A stretch of DNA of 64,000 nucleotides from Bacteroidaceae bacterium (lineage in GTDB: Bacteria > Bacillota_I > Bacilli_A > RF39 > UBA660), in contig CAVEJT010000001.1 in the NCBI GenBank assembly GCA_963616135.1, positions 76,844 through 140,843 of the forward strand. The letters run 5' to 3'. Below, piece after piece: positions 47,384 to 56,032 of the stretch. The notes below the pieces were generated by a model. It was not told where the DNA came from and did no database searches. It was given only the letters and a program-made list of their open reading frames with translations. A program made the translations under genes and the position numbers. How positions within the stretch are numbered: the first letter of the stretch is position 1; each line of letters opens with the position of its first letter.

Positions 47384-47399
47384 GTTTACTAGTGTAAAC
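47384..47399. promoter_or_regulatory. Operator copy 5 GTTTACTAGTGTAAAC upstream of HTH gene
   Basis: Identical 16-mer; followed by AAAGAAAAGGAGAAAAA leader as at copy 4. Confidence 0.55.
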
Positions 47400-47425
47400 A
47401 AAAAGATAAAGAAAAGGAGAAAAAA

Positions 47426-48079
47426 ATGAAAAATAATTATATGATATTAGCAGAAATAATAAAAAATAGAAGAATAGCTTTAGGATATAGTTTAAGGAAT
47501 TTAGCAAATGAAGTTGGTATTAGTCATACAGAACTTGTACGTATTGAAAACGGTAATAGGCAATGTTTAAATACTATTACATTATTAAAAATATGTAAGT
47601 TATTAAATTTAGATTTTTTAACACTTTTAGAAGATGCCAACTTTTATGAAAGAGAAGAGGAAAAATTGTTTTATATTATTGTTAAAAATGCAGAAACAAA
47701 GGTATTTAAAATCCATGCAACTAGTGAACAATCAGCTCTTCCTATTATAATAGATTTTTTATCAGAAAACGATATTATTAAAATAGACGAAAAAATTAAG
47801 AATACATTGATATTTGCCACACCTGATAAAAAAGAAATGCAAACAGTATTGAAAGATTTAAAAGAAAAAAATGAATATGAAATAGCAGAAAAATATAATA
47901 GAATTCCTTGTGAAATTACTGCTGTTTCAGGTGAAGAATTTGAGGATGATTTCGAAGATGATGACTTTGAAAGTGAAGAGTATGAAGACACGGATGATTT
48001 TTTAGGCGATATAAAAATATATTTTGAAATTAATAATTTCAGTGGGAGAAAATCAAATGGACACATTAATAATAAGTAA
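47426..48079 (+). CDS. XRE-family HTH regulator with long acidic C-terminal tail
   Basis: LGYSLRNLANEVGISHTELVRIENGNRQ HTH_3; C-terminus EEFEDDFEDDDFESEEYEDTDDF. Confidence 0.65.
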   Translation: MKNNYMILAEIIKNRRIALGYSLRNLANEVGISHTELVRIENGNRQCLNTITLLKICKLLNLDFLTLLEDANFYEREEEKLFYIIVKNAETKVFKIHATSEQSALPIIIDFLSENDIIKIDEKIKNTLIFATPDKKEMQTVLKDLKEKNEYEIAEKYNRIPCEITAVSGEEFEDDFEDDDFESEEYEDTDDFLGDIKIYFEINNFSGRKSNGHINNK

Positions 48080-48398
48080 TGAAAGTAATATTCTTCATAT
48101 ATCAAATAAAGGTTATACTGTCGATTACACCTTTTATGATTGTAAAGGACACAGTATAGACGGAGGAATATTAGAAAGTGAAAAAGAAAAATTTGATACT
48201 CAAGAAGTTAAAAATGAAATAATAAAGATGTTTGAAGACACAATTGTCTTCTCTCAACCTTATATGATTTTAGAAGGGGATAGAGCAGACAGTCTATTAG
48301 AATTAATTGAAATGGAAGATTATAAAAATACTCAATTAAAAGTAAATGATTTTTTATCTTCCGTTAAAAATAGTTCGTATATTGAACTAGATAAATAA
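48057..48398 (+). CDS. Hypothetical protein (start ATG 48057 after GGGAG; ORF track 48024)
   Basis: Overlaps end of upstream gene; no motif. Confidence 0.4.
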   Translation: MDTLIISNESNILHISNKGYTVDYTFYDCKGHSIDGGILESEKEKFDTQEVKNEIIKMFEDTIVFSQPYMILEGDRADSLLELIEMEDYKNTQLKVNDFLSSVKNSSYIELDK

Positions 48399-48429
48399 AA
48401 AGTAAAAAAAAGAAAAGGAGAAAAAATTT

Positions 48430-48960
48430 ATGAGAAAACAATATGATGATTTTACTCAAATGAAGTTAAAAGAGATGTGCAAATCAATAAGTGATATGAC
48501 TTATACTTATTTAGATCCAGAAACTCATTTGCCTACTAAAGTACCAGCATCACACTATGAAAAAATATTGGATCAAGTTAAAGAACAATACATGGGAGAA
48601 ATAACTAGTAAACAATTTTTAACTATTATGTATAATCAATTAACTGCGTTAAAGAAAGAAGATGACAAATATTTTCAACAAGCATTATTATGTATGGACT
48701 TAGGTATAAATCCAAAAGATATGAGAGTTGATGAACAATTAGCATTGTCTATGACCTATGATTTCATTTATGAAAAACAAAAAAATATGAAAAAGGACTA
48801 CCATTTTTTGGATACAGAAGTTATAAATGCTTATAGAGAAACTAAGGATAATCCTGTAATTCAGGCACAGGCAATAAAAATGTCTACTGATTATGAAGAA
48901 ACTCAAGAGCAAGAAGAATCTATTGATAAAGATGATGATTATGATCTTGATTATAACTAA
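48430..48960 (+). CDS. Hypothetical protein with acidic C-terminus
   Basis: RBS AAAGGAG; tail EETQEQEESIDKDDDYDLDYN. Confidence 0.4.
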   Translation: MRKQYDDFTQMKLKEMCKSISDMTYTYLDPETHLPTKVPASHYEKILDQVKEQYMGEITSKQFLTIMYNQLTALKKEDDKYFQQALLCMDLGINPKDMRVDEQLALSMTYDFIYEKQKNMKKDYHFLDTEVINAYRETKDNPVIQAQAIKMSTDYEETQEQEESIDKDDDYDLDYN

Positions 48961-48983
48961 AATTTTAATAGGAAAAATTCAAA

Positions 48984-49736
48984 ATGACATTAGATAAAAA
49001 CTATATTAAAGATACTTTAAAAAAACTTGGACAAAAATATGGTGTCAGAGAAACTTTTGAAGATTTTGTGTATTGTTGTGCATATTCATTATCTAATTTA
49101 ACAAATTTTAATGATAGCCGTGAAAAAGAATATTTGAATATATCTAAGAAATATGAGAAAGAAGATTTTAATTCATTTGCATCAATGTTATCAGCATTAA
49201 CATTAGAACTTAGCAAAGATGATTGTGAAGATATTTTAGGAAATGTTTTTGAAGAATTAGGTTTGCATGATAAAGGTAGAGGACAATTCTTTACTCCTCT
49301 ACATATCAGCAAATTTATGGCAAAAATTGTATTTGATAAAGAAAATATTCAAAGAGAAATATCAAAAAAGGGTTATATAACAATAGCAGATGAATGCTGT
49401 GGCAGTGGTAGAATGTTATTTGCATATCTTAAATTATTAAAAGAAAACAATGTAAATTTAAATAATGTATATTTTGAAGGGGCAGATATATCAAATCTAT
49501 GTTGCTGTATGACTTATGTCAGTTTATCATTAATGGGAGCTAGTGCAATAATAAATCACCAAAATACATTGTCTTCTGAACGTTTTGGATACTATATAAC
49601 TCCAGGATTAATTTTAAATGAAAATTTAGTTAATAATTTAATTAAAGATGGATATCTTGAATCAACAAAAGAAAATGATTTAAATCAAGAAAATGATATA
49701 AAAAACTTAGAAGAAGAGCAGGAATTAGAAATATAA
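48984..49736 (+). CDS. N6-adenine DNA methyltransferase-like protein lacking motif IV (orphan/possibly inactive MTase fragment)
   Basis: GQFFTP (motif X-like), ADECCGSG (motif I), GADISNLCCCMTYVSLSLMGASAIINHQNTL (pre-motif IV helix) but no NPPY/F; only 250 aa. Confidence 0.45.
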   Translation: MTLDKNYIKDTLKKLGQKYGVRETFEDFVYCCAYSLSNLTNFNDSREKEYLNISKKYEKEDFNSFASMLSALTLELSKDDCEDILGNVFEELGLHDKGRGQFFTPLHISKFMAKIVFDKENIQREISKKGYITIADECCGSGRMLFAYLKLLKENNVNLNNVYFEGADISNLCCCMTYVSLSLMGASAIINHQNTLSSERFGYYITPGLILNENLVNNLIKDGYLESTKENDLNQENDIKNLEEEQELEI

Positions 49737-49763
49737 AATTTTTATGAAAGGAGAAATTATTTT

Positions 49764-50483
49764 ATGCCAAATTGGGTAAAAACTATTGTAAAAACAAAAC
49801 CAGACGTATTAAAAGATATTTTAAAAAAATATTCAAATGAAGATGGTTTTTCATTTGAAAAAGTAATTCCAATGCCTAAGGAATTAGATGTAGAAAGAGG
49901 TAGCAGAGGTCAAGATGGACTTATGTATCTTTTTTTAGAAAATGATAATGGTATTTCTAAGGAAAAAATTAATCAAGTATTTCGTTCATTAAATTCTTTC
50001 TTTTCTGATATTTATAAAGAAAAAAGATTTAAGATGATTGAAGAAAAATATAATGAAAACAAAAATGAAAAAGAATATGTGGAAAGTGTTAAACTTGCCA
50101 AACAATATATTTCTAATTATAACAAATATGGTTATACAGATTGGTATAATTGGCGTTGTGATAACTGGGGAACAAAGTGGGATTTAGCAGAATTAGATTA
50201 TAATAAAGATACTATGATTTTTCAAACAGCTTGGAATTTTGCTGAGAATGTTATATTAGAACTTTCTCGTAGATATCCTGAAGCTGTTTTTGAATGCAAA
50301 TTTGCTGATGAAGGTATACAAGAAAATTCTGGCATATTAAAAATAAAAGATGGAGAAGTATTCGAAGAAAAATACAATTTGGAGATGGAGTCAATTGAAA
50401 AAATTTGGGATTATTATTTAGATGATAGCGAAAAAGAATCATCAAATGAAGAAATAGATAATGAAATTGAAATGGAATATTAG
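49764..50483 (+). CDS. Hypothetical protein with conserved WYNWRCDNWGTKWD motif
   Basis: Trp-rich motif; acidic tail ...EIDNEIEMEY. Confidence 0.35.
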   Translation: MPNWVKTIVKTKPDVLKDILKKYSNEDGFSFEKVIPMPKELDVERGSRGQDGLMYLFLENDNGISKEKINQVFRSLNSFFSDIYKEKRFKMIEEKYNENKNEKEYVESVKLAKQYISNYNKYGYTDWYNWRCDNWGTKWDLAELDYNKDTMIFQTAWNFAENVILELSRRYPEAVFECKFADEGIQENSGILKIKDGEVFEEKYNLEMESIEKIWDYYLDDSEKESSNEEIDNEIEMEY

Positions 50484-50497
50484 AAAGGAGCTAAATA

Positions 50498-51355
50498 ATG
50501 GGACAATATCATAAATTTATGAATTTTGATAAAAAAGAAATTTTAAATCCTCCTGGTCCTTTAAAATTAATGGAATGGAGTTATCAACAAAATGAATATA
50601 TGCTTCAAATAGAAAATCTAATAAAAACATCTTGGAAAGGTGACAGAGTTTTAGTTATTGGAGATTATGCAGATGATTTTTATGAAGGTGCATATTCTAG
50701 TGAACTTTTGAAAACTATACGTGAAGAAAATAAAGAATATGGACTTCATAATATATATGATTACCCATACAAAGAACTTAAAAATACGTCTTTTTACTCA
50801 AATAGATTACCTTCTCGTTATATTTACAATGATTCTATAAAAGAATACATTGATTTAAAAAAGCAACCTATACAATGGGTAGTATATGATGAAAATATTA
50901 ATCTAATAGATGGTGCAAAAATACATCCACTAAGTTTGGTATTATCATGTTGTAATGGTGCAGGTGGAGGAGATTATTACGCACTAAATAATGAAGACGT
51001 TGGTTGTTGGATTACAGATTCAAATAATATTAGTTTTTCAGATGAATTAAAAAAAGGATATACAGATTCTAGATTATTATTTAATGAATTTAGCAAAAAA
51101 GAAAATAACATTGATATAATTATTGATTATATAAAGGAAAATTTTAAAGTTTCAGATATTGGAAAAATAGAAAACATGAAATTTTCACCTTCACTTTTCT
51201 TAGATAAAAATGAAGAAAAATGTATTATAGAAAAATCTATTAGAAAAATAATAAACAAACAAATTGATTTAAAAAACAAGGTTCGAGATAAAGATAAGGA
51301 TGCTCAAGATATTAAGGATTTAGTTGCTAATTATGAAGAAGAATTAGAAAAATAA
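50498..51355 (+). CDS. Hypothetical protein (285 aa)
   Basis: RBS AAAGGAG; no motif. Confidence 0.4.
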   Translation: MGQYHKFMNFDKKEILNPPGPLKLMEWSYQQNEYMLQIENLIKTSWKGDRVLVIGDYADDFYEGAYSSELLKTIREENKEYGLHNIYDYPYKELKNTSFYSNRLPSRYIYNDSIKEYIDLKKQPIQWVVYDENINLIDGAKIHPLSLVLSCCNGAGGGDYYALNNEDVGCWITDSNNISFSDELKKGYTDSRLLFNEFSKKENNIDIIIDYIKENFKVSDIGKIENMKFSPSLFLDKNEEKCIIEKSIRKIINKQIDLKNKVRDKDKDAQDIKDLVANYEEELEK

Positions 51356-51376
51356 CTTTAATGAAAGGGGAATATT

Positions 51377-51574
51377 ATGAATAAACAATTAGATAAAAAA
51401 ATAGAAAGATTAGAAGGGTTAAAGGAAAAAGAAAAAGAAAGAATTAACTCAATAAATCAAGTTATTGCTGAATATGATAAACAATTAAAAGTTTTATATG
51501 ATTTGAGAAAAGAACAAGAAAAAATTTATCAAAGACAACAAGAATTAGATTTAAAAATTAAGGAGCAACAATAA
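51377..51574 (+). CDS. Small coiled-coil protein (65 aa)
   Basis: Heptad-like K/E-rich sequence. Confidence 0.35.
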   Translation: MNKQLDKKIERLEGLKEKEKERINSINQVIAEYDKQLKVLYDLRKEQEKIYQRQQELDLKIKEQQ

Positions 51575-51576
51575 CT

Positions 51577-52521
51577 ATGAGTAGTTATTTCAAGGCAAGA
51601 GATGAATTAGTAAAGATGTATGTTAAAAGTTTAGAAGAAGGAAAAATCCCCTGGGAAAAAATGTGGCAAACAAGTATACCAGAAAATGGAATTACTGGAA
51701 AAAAATATAAAGGAATTAATAATTTAATTTTATCTTACGTAGCACTTCAAAGAGGTTATAAGGATGCAAGATGGTGTACTTATATTCAGATTAAAAAGAA
51801 TAAATGGAAACTTAAAGATGCAAAAGGACAAGGTGTTTGCATTGAATATGTAGGTATGAAAAACAAAAAAGATAATAAACTTTACTCCTTTGAAGAGTAT
51901 AAGAAAATAATTAATGACTTCCCAGAAAAAGAAAATGAATTTTCAATAAGAAGGTATAACTATATAGTATTTAATGCTGATTTAATAGAAGGTATAGAAA
52001 AGAATAATGATGTCATTAAAGAAAAAATAATTAGTAATGATTACATCAGTAATATTATTAAAAATATTGGCGTTAAATATCAAGAAAAAGGAGAACAAGC
52101 ATATTATGATATACTTGCTGATGAAGTAGTTATACCTCCTTCTAATACTTTTAAAAGCACTTATGCTTACTATTCAACACAATTACATGAAATTGCCCAT
52201 TCAACAGGTCATCATACTAGATTAAATAGAGATATGAGTGGTGAATTCAGATCGGAAGCGTATGCAAAGGAAGAACTAAGAGCAGAGATTGGTTCTTCTT
52301 TTCTTATGCAAAAATTAGGATTAGAATATGATGAAAGGCATTTGAATAATCACAAAGCTTATGTAAGAGGTTGGTTGGATATTATAAAAAACAAACCTCA
52401 AGAATTATTTTTAGCAATCTCAGATGCTAATAAAATTGTTTCATATTTAGAAGATAAAAGTTTATCGAAAGAACAAAATATTTCAAAGGAAATAGAAGAA
52501 ATGGAGATGGAATATGCGTAG
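51577..52521 (+). CDS. ardC: ArdC-like antirestriction protein (ssDNA-binding N-domain + HExxH metalloprotease C-domain)
   Basis: KYKGINNLILSYVALQRGY (ArdC-N YxGxNxxxL motif) and QLHEIAHSTGHHTRLNRD zincin motif. Confidence 0.7.
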   Translation: MSSYFKARDELVKMYVKSLEEGKIPWEKMWQTSIPENGITGKKYKGINNLILSYVALQRGYKDARWCTYIQIKKNKWKLKDAKGQGVCIEYVGMKNKKDNKLYSFEEYKKIINDFPEKENEFSIRRYNYIVFNADLIEGIEKNNDVIKEKIISNDYISNIIKNIGVKYQEKGEQAYYDILADEVVIPPSNTFKSTYAYYSTQLHEIAHSTGHHTRLNRDMSGEFRSEAYAKEELRAEIGSSFLMQKLGLEYDERHLNNHKAYVRGWLDIIKNKPQELFLAISDANKIVSYLEDKSLSKEQNISKEIEEMEMEYA

Positions 52522-53782
52522 CATTCATAGTAGACATTATATTTATACACATTGGTTAAGAATTGATATGAATAATGATGAAATAAAGCAATGGGAACAA
52601 TTAAAAAATTATTGGAATAAATATGATTGTTCTATGACTGTATATTATTATGATTATAATCCTTTAACAGAAAAAGCAATTAAATTAGATTGTAATCAAT
52701 CATATCAAGATTTAGATCTTGATGTTAACTCTATGTCCTCTGGTAGTTTAAAAAGAGTAAAAGCAAAACCAACAAATATAACAGTATATAATAAAGGAAT
52801 TGAACATTTTTTTGTTAATAAGTTAGGTCTGGAAGTGTTAGACACACTACGAAAACCTAAGTCTAAAATTAATGTTCCAGAAGATCAACTTATAACAGTA
52901 GATGTTTTAAGTGAATTTGGCAGAATGAAAAATATAGAAAAGTTTAATGAAATAATGAAAGAAGAAGACTGGAAAATTGTTAAGATACCAAGTGATGTAA
53001 GTTATCATTATCAATTGTATTTTGGAAAAGGAAAACAAGTATATAATAGGTACGAATACGCATTTAATGATTTCACATTTAAAAGTAGATTTAAAGATAG
53101 ATTAGAGAGATTTGTAAATAATGTAGTAAAACAAAAAGAATTAAATTTGGATAATTTTATTGGGAAAAAAATAAATATGTTTGAATCAAAACATCAAATA
53201 TCAACAGATAAAAAAATTAATATTGATGTTAAATGTATAGGATTAGTTTTAGGAATAAATAATAATTGTTTTGATATATATGATTTTCAAAGACCATTAG
53301 GTGAACAATTTTATTCACTAAATTTAAAAGACTTTGAGCAAAAATTTAAAGCAGGGATTTATAAACCAAATTTTAATTTGTTAACATCTTATGAAAAGTT
53401 AGAATTAAGAAAATATATGTATAATAAAGCAAAAAAATTTACAAATCTTTGTGCAGATTGGGATTATAGAAATATAGATATGACGGATATACATTTAGAG
53501 TCTTTGAAGATTCAAAAAAACAAAATTTCTCTTTCGTGTGAAAAATATTCAACAAAATTAGATACTTATATTTCTGCCGATATATTTGAAATTGAATCAA
53601 AAGAATTAGTAGATGAATTTAATATGATAGATTTAGAAAATAGAGAACAAGTTCTAAACTTTGCATCTAAATTAGAAAGTTATATTGATTATGATAAAGC
53701 AGAAATATTACTAAATGAAAAAGAACAAAATATGGTTGAAGAAAAGAAAAATTTAGAAGAAATGGAGATAGAATATGACTGA
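52514..53782 (+). CDS. Hypothetical protein (422 aa), start overlaps upstream stop
   Basis: Translationally coupled via conserved GAAATGGAGATGGAATATG junction. Confidence 0.4.
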   Translation: MRSIHSRHYIYTHWLRIDMNNDEIKQWEQLKNYWNKYDCSMTVYYYDYNPLTEKAIKLDCNQSYQDLDLDVNSMSSGSLKRVKAKPTNITVYNKGIEHFFVNKLGLEVLDTLRKPKSKINVPEDQLITVDVLSEFGRMKNIEKFNEIMKEEDWKIVKIPSDVSYHYQLYFGKGKQVYNRYEYAFNDFTFKSRFKDRLERFVNNVVKQKELNLDNFIGKKINMFESKHQISTDKKINIDVKCIGLVLGINNNCFDIYDFQRPLGEQFYSLNLKDFEQKFKAGIYKPNFNLLTSYEKLELRKYMYNKAKKFTNLCADWDYRNIDMTDIHLESLKIQKNKISLSCEKYSTKLDTYISADIFEIESKELVDEFNMIDLENREQVLNFASKLESYIDYDKAEILLNEKEQNMVEEKKNLEEMEIEYD

Positions 53783-54656
53783 TATTTTAGATATTTATGA
53801 AAGTTTGGCAGATTCAATAGAAGAAACAGAGGAATTTAGAATTTATGATTTTATAAATTATTTGGGTATTAATGTTGTTGATAAGGATTTACCAAAGGAA
53901 GAAATAACAAGAATTATAAATATATGTAGAGAATGTACAGATAATTTTATTGATCCATTTAAACTTGCCAAATCTTTAACTTCTGCTATATATGAGGAAG
54001 AATATTTAACATTAGATGAGTTAGAACGTATACCTTCAGAGTCTATAAAATATTTTTATTCTAATGAAAAAATGGATGAATTAGAATATTATTTTGAATC
54101 GTATCAGGAAATTTTAACTTCAACAAAAGAAATATTAGCTGGATATTCTTATACAATTGGTAGAGTGGTTCAGGATGGTTATTGTGTTGAACTCCATTAT
54201 TGTAGTGATAGAGGAGCAACTTTAGAATATGGAACAAAAACATCTCATGATTGTTGGGAAAATGAAGTTGAAGAAGCAGAATGGTTTAATACAAATTTAT
54301 CAGATGACTATATTATAAACAGATTGAATTGTTTATATGATGAAGAATTTTCTAGTAAGGAAATATCAACAGAAAAAACAGAAGAATTAAATTTAATCGA
54401 TCACATTTTATCAAATCATAAGGTAAATGACATCACCTTATATTTAGATGCTGAAGGAAATTTATTTGCATTTGATGATATTAATTGTTGGAAGAACAAT
54501 GAATTTTATGACTTTATGTTTAATGAATTATTTGTATATAATCAAGATGGAAAAGTAGATTTAATAGATGATTCTGATTATAAAAAATTAGAAGAATATA
54601 GAAATAACTATAATGAAAAATCAAATGATTTAGAAATGGAGATGGAACATGAGTAA
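53775..54656 (+). CDS. Hypothetical protein; N-terminal domain paralogous to the two downstream 110-aa proteins
   Basis: YDFINYLGINVVDKDL...ICRECTDNFIDPF...AIYEEE aligns with 54649 and 54981 products. Confidence 0.4.
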   Translation: MTDILDIYESLADSIEETEEFRIYDFINYLGINVVDKDLPKEEITRIINICRECTDNFIDPFKLAKSLTSAIYEEEYLTLDELERIPSESIKYFYSNEKMDELEYYFESYQEILTSTKEILAGYSYTIGRVVQDGYCVELHYCSDRGATLEYGTKTSHDCWENEVEEAEWFNTNLSDDYIINRLNCLYDEEFSSKEISTEKTEELNLIDHILSNHKVNDITLYLDAEGNLFAFDDINCWKNNEFYDFMFNELFVYNQDGKVDLIDDSDYKKLEEYRNNYNEKSNDLEMEMEHE

Positions 54657-54981
54657 GGTAAATGAATTAAAGAAATTAGCAAAAGAATTTTATAAATATA
54701 ATTTTAGTATATATGATTTTTGTTATTATTTAGGATTAACTAATGTTAAAGAAGATATTAATGATAAAGATTTAGAAATTTTGTTAAATAAATGTTCTGA
54801 ATTAAGTGGAGAATATACTGATCCAATTGAAGTAGGACAATCATTAGCAAATTTAATCTATGAAGAAAAAAGTATTACAATAGATAAATTAAAAACACTA
54901 GATGCTGAAAGATTTAATGATTGGTATATTGATGGTAGAGAAGTAGGAAATGAATTAGAAAAAGAACAGGAGATGGAATAA
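54649..54981 (+). CDS. Small protein, member of tandem paralog family
   Basis: YDFCYYLGLTNVKEDINDKDLEILLNKCSELSGEYTDPIEVGQSLANLIYEE. Confidence 0.4.
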   Translation: MSKVNELKKLAKEFYKYNFSIYDFCYYLGLTNVKEDINDKDLEILLNKCSELSGEYTDPIEVGQSLANLIYEEKSITIDKLKTLDAERFNDWYIDGREVGNELEKEQEME

Positions 54982-55313
54982 TGAATATTATTTTTGGATA
55001 TAAAACCATGCCAGAATGGCACAAAGAAAATTTAAAAAACTATTATATTTTAGATGGAATTTATAAAGTTTCGCCAGACATTGATGAAGAGGATGCACAA
55101 TTTATTTTTGATATTTGTAAGAATGTTAAGAATGAAAAAGTGAATCCTTTTTCTATTGCACATTATTTAACTGAACACTATCTTAATGGTGATATTTATA
55201 AAGAAGAATTAAAAAAAGCAGTTTCTGGTGAAATTATTTCTGCTGTTTATTATGATGATTTAAATTATTTACCATTATTAAATGACAGAAATGAAATAGA
55301 AAGAAGTAAATGA
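54981..55313 (+). CDS. Small protein, member of tandem paralog family
   Basis: YYILDGIYKVSPDIDEEDAQFIFDICKNVKNEKVNPFSIAHYLTEHY. Confidence 0.4.
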   Translation: MNIIFGYKTMPEWHKENLKNYYILDGIYKVSPDIDEEDAQFIFDICKNVKNEKVNPFSIAHYLTEHYLNGDIYKEELKKAVSGEIISAVYYDDLNYLPLLNDRNEIERSK

Positions 55314-55339
55314 TATTAAGTAAAAAAAAATAAACCGTC

Positions 55340-55440
55340 GGGGACTATATTTGCAGGTCTTAGGAGTTCGTCCTAACAAGTGATGGGTGTGTCAACACCA
55401 TGCTTGATAGAAAAAATAAGACTATTAAATAACCTCAGTT
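55340..55440. promoter_or_regulatory. Candidate oriT region (GC-richer island with inverted repeat TTAGGA gttcg TCCTAA at 55360..55376)
   Basis: Only sizeable non-coding gap upstream of mobC-like/relaxase genes; local GC spike and hairpin. Confidence 0.3.
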
Positions 55441-55468
55441 ATAAATTTGAATTTAGAAAGGAGCAAAG

Positions 55469-56032
55469 ATGGAATTTAAGTCAATAGAAAAGTGGCGAGT
55501 TCAAAGAGATTTAAATTTAACTGAAGTACAATTAGATGAAATTATAAAAAGAGCAGGAAGACGACATCCAATGGAAGATTGGGTTTATCTTCGTGTGGCA
55601 GGTAATGGTGATGTAATTGAATATTTGAAACTGGAATTTGTTTATTGGTTGAAAGAAGTTTATTTCAATAAAGAAAAGTTTTATCTTGATCTTGAAATAG
55701 AATTTTTTGAAAAACAAATTAAGAGATTAGAGTCAGAATTAAATATATCTCCTTATCAGTTTAAATATAACGACACATCATTGAAAGATTTACGTTTATA
55801 TTTTAATAAAAGTAAAAACGCAATTGGAAGAGCAGTCAATGAAATGCAAAAGCATAATAAGTTTTCATATAAATATATCAAAGATGGAAAGGTTATGATT
55901 AATAAAGATGGTGTTAAATGGTTAGCAGAAAAATATTTTCGTAAAGCATACTTGAAAGATTTAGAACTATATAAACTTGAATTACAAGAAAGAAAGATAA
56001 AACTGGATGAATTCAACAGAAGAAAGATATAG
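55469..56032 (+). CDS. Hypothetical protein (187 aa), possibly antirepressor-like
   Basis: Weak resemblance of C-terminal GKVMINKDGVKWLAEKY to phage antirepressor C-terminal domains; uncertain. Confidence 0.3.
   Translation: MEFKSIEKWRVQRDLNLTEVQLDEIIKRAGRRHPMEDWVYLRVAGNGDVIEYLKLEFVYWLKEVYFNKEKFYLDLEIEFFEKQIKRLESELNISPYQFKYNDTSLKDLRLYFNKSKNAIGRAVNEMQKHNKFSYKYIKDGKVMINKDGVKWLAEKYFRKAYLKDLELYKLELQERKIKLDEFNRRKI

Noticed and set aside
305-47399. Repeated GTTTACTAGTGTAAAC copies as a CRISPR array or IS terminal repeats
   Set aside because: Copies are tens of kilobases apart, irregularly spaced, sit at promoters and have no associated cas or transposase genes; an operator is the sensible reading.
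9365-55717. Many short minus-strand ORFs nested inside long + strand genes (e.g. 9365..9556, 10614..10802, 10815..11114, 11703..11888, 12885..13127, 14326..14877, 18148..18411, 19065..19247, 25412..25666, 29298..29486, 30760..30954, 35741..35974, 36432..36620, 38739..38966, 40898..41140, 41374..41604, 41780..41986, 44176..44391, 46309..46521, 47671..48105, 49001..49312, 50251..50445, 54061..54243, 55532..56016, 58792..59007, 62330..62638) and + strand 4357..4662 and 61038..61244
   Set aside because: They are antisense to or frame-shifted within well-supported genes, low-complexity and Leu/Phe/Ile-rich as expected from AT-rich antisense sequence, and lack RBS; treated as ORF-caller noise.
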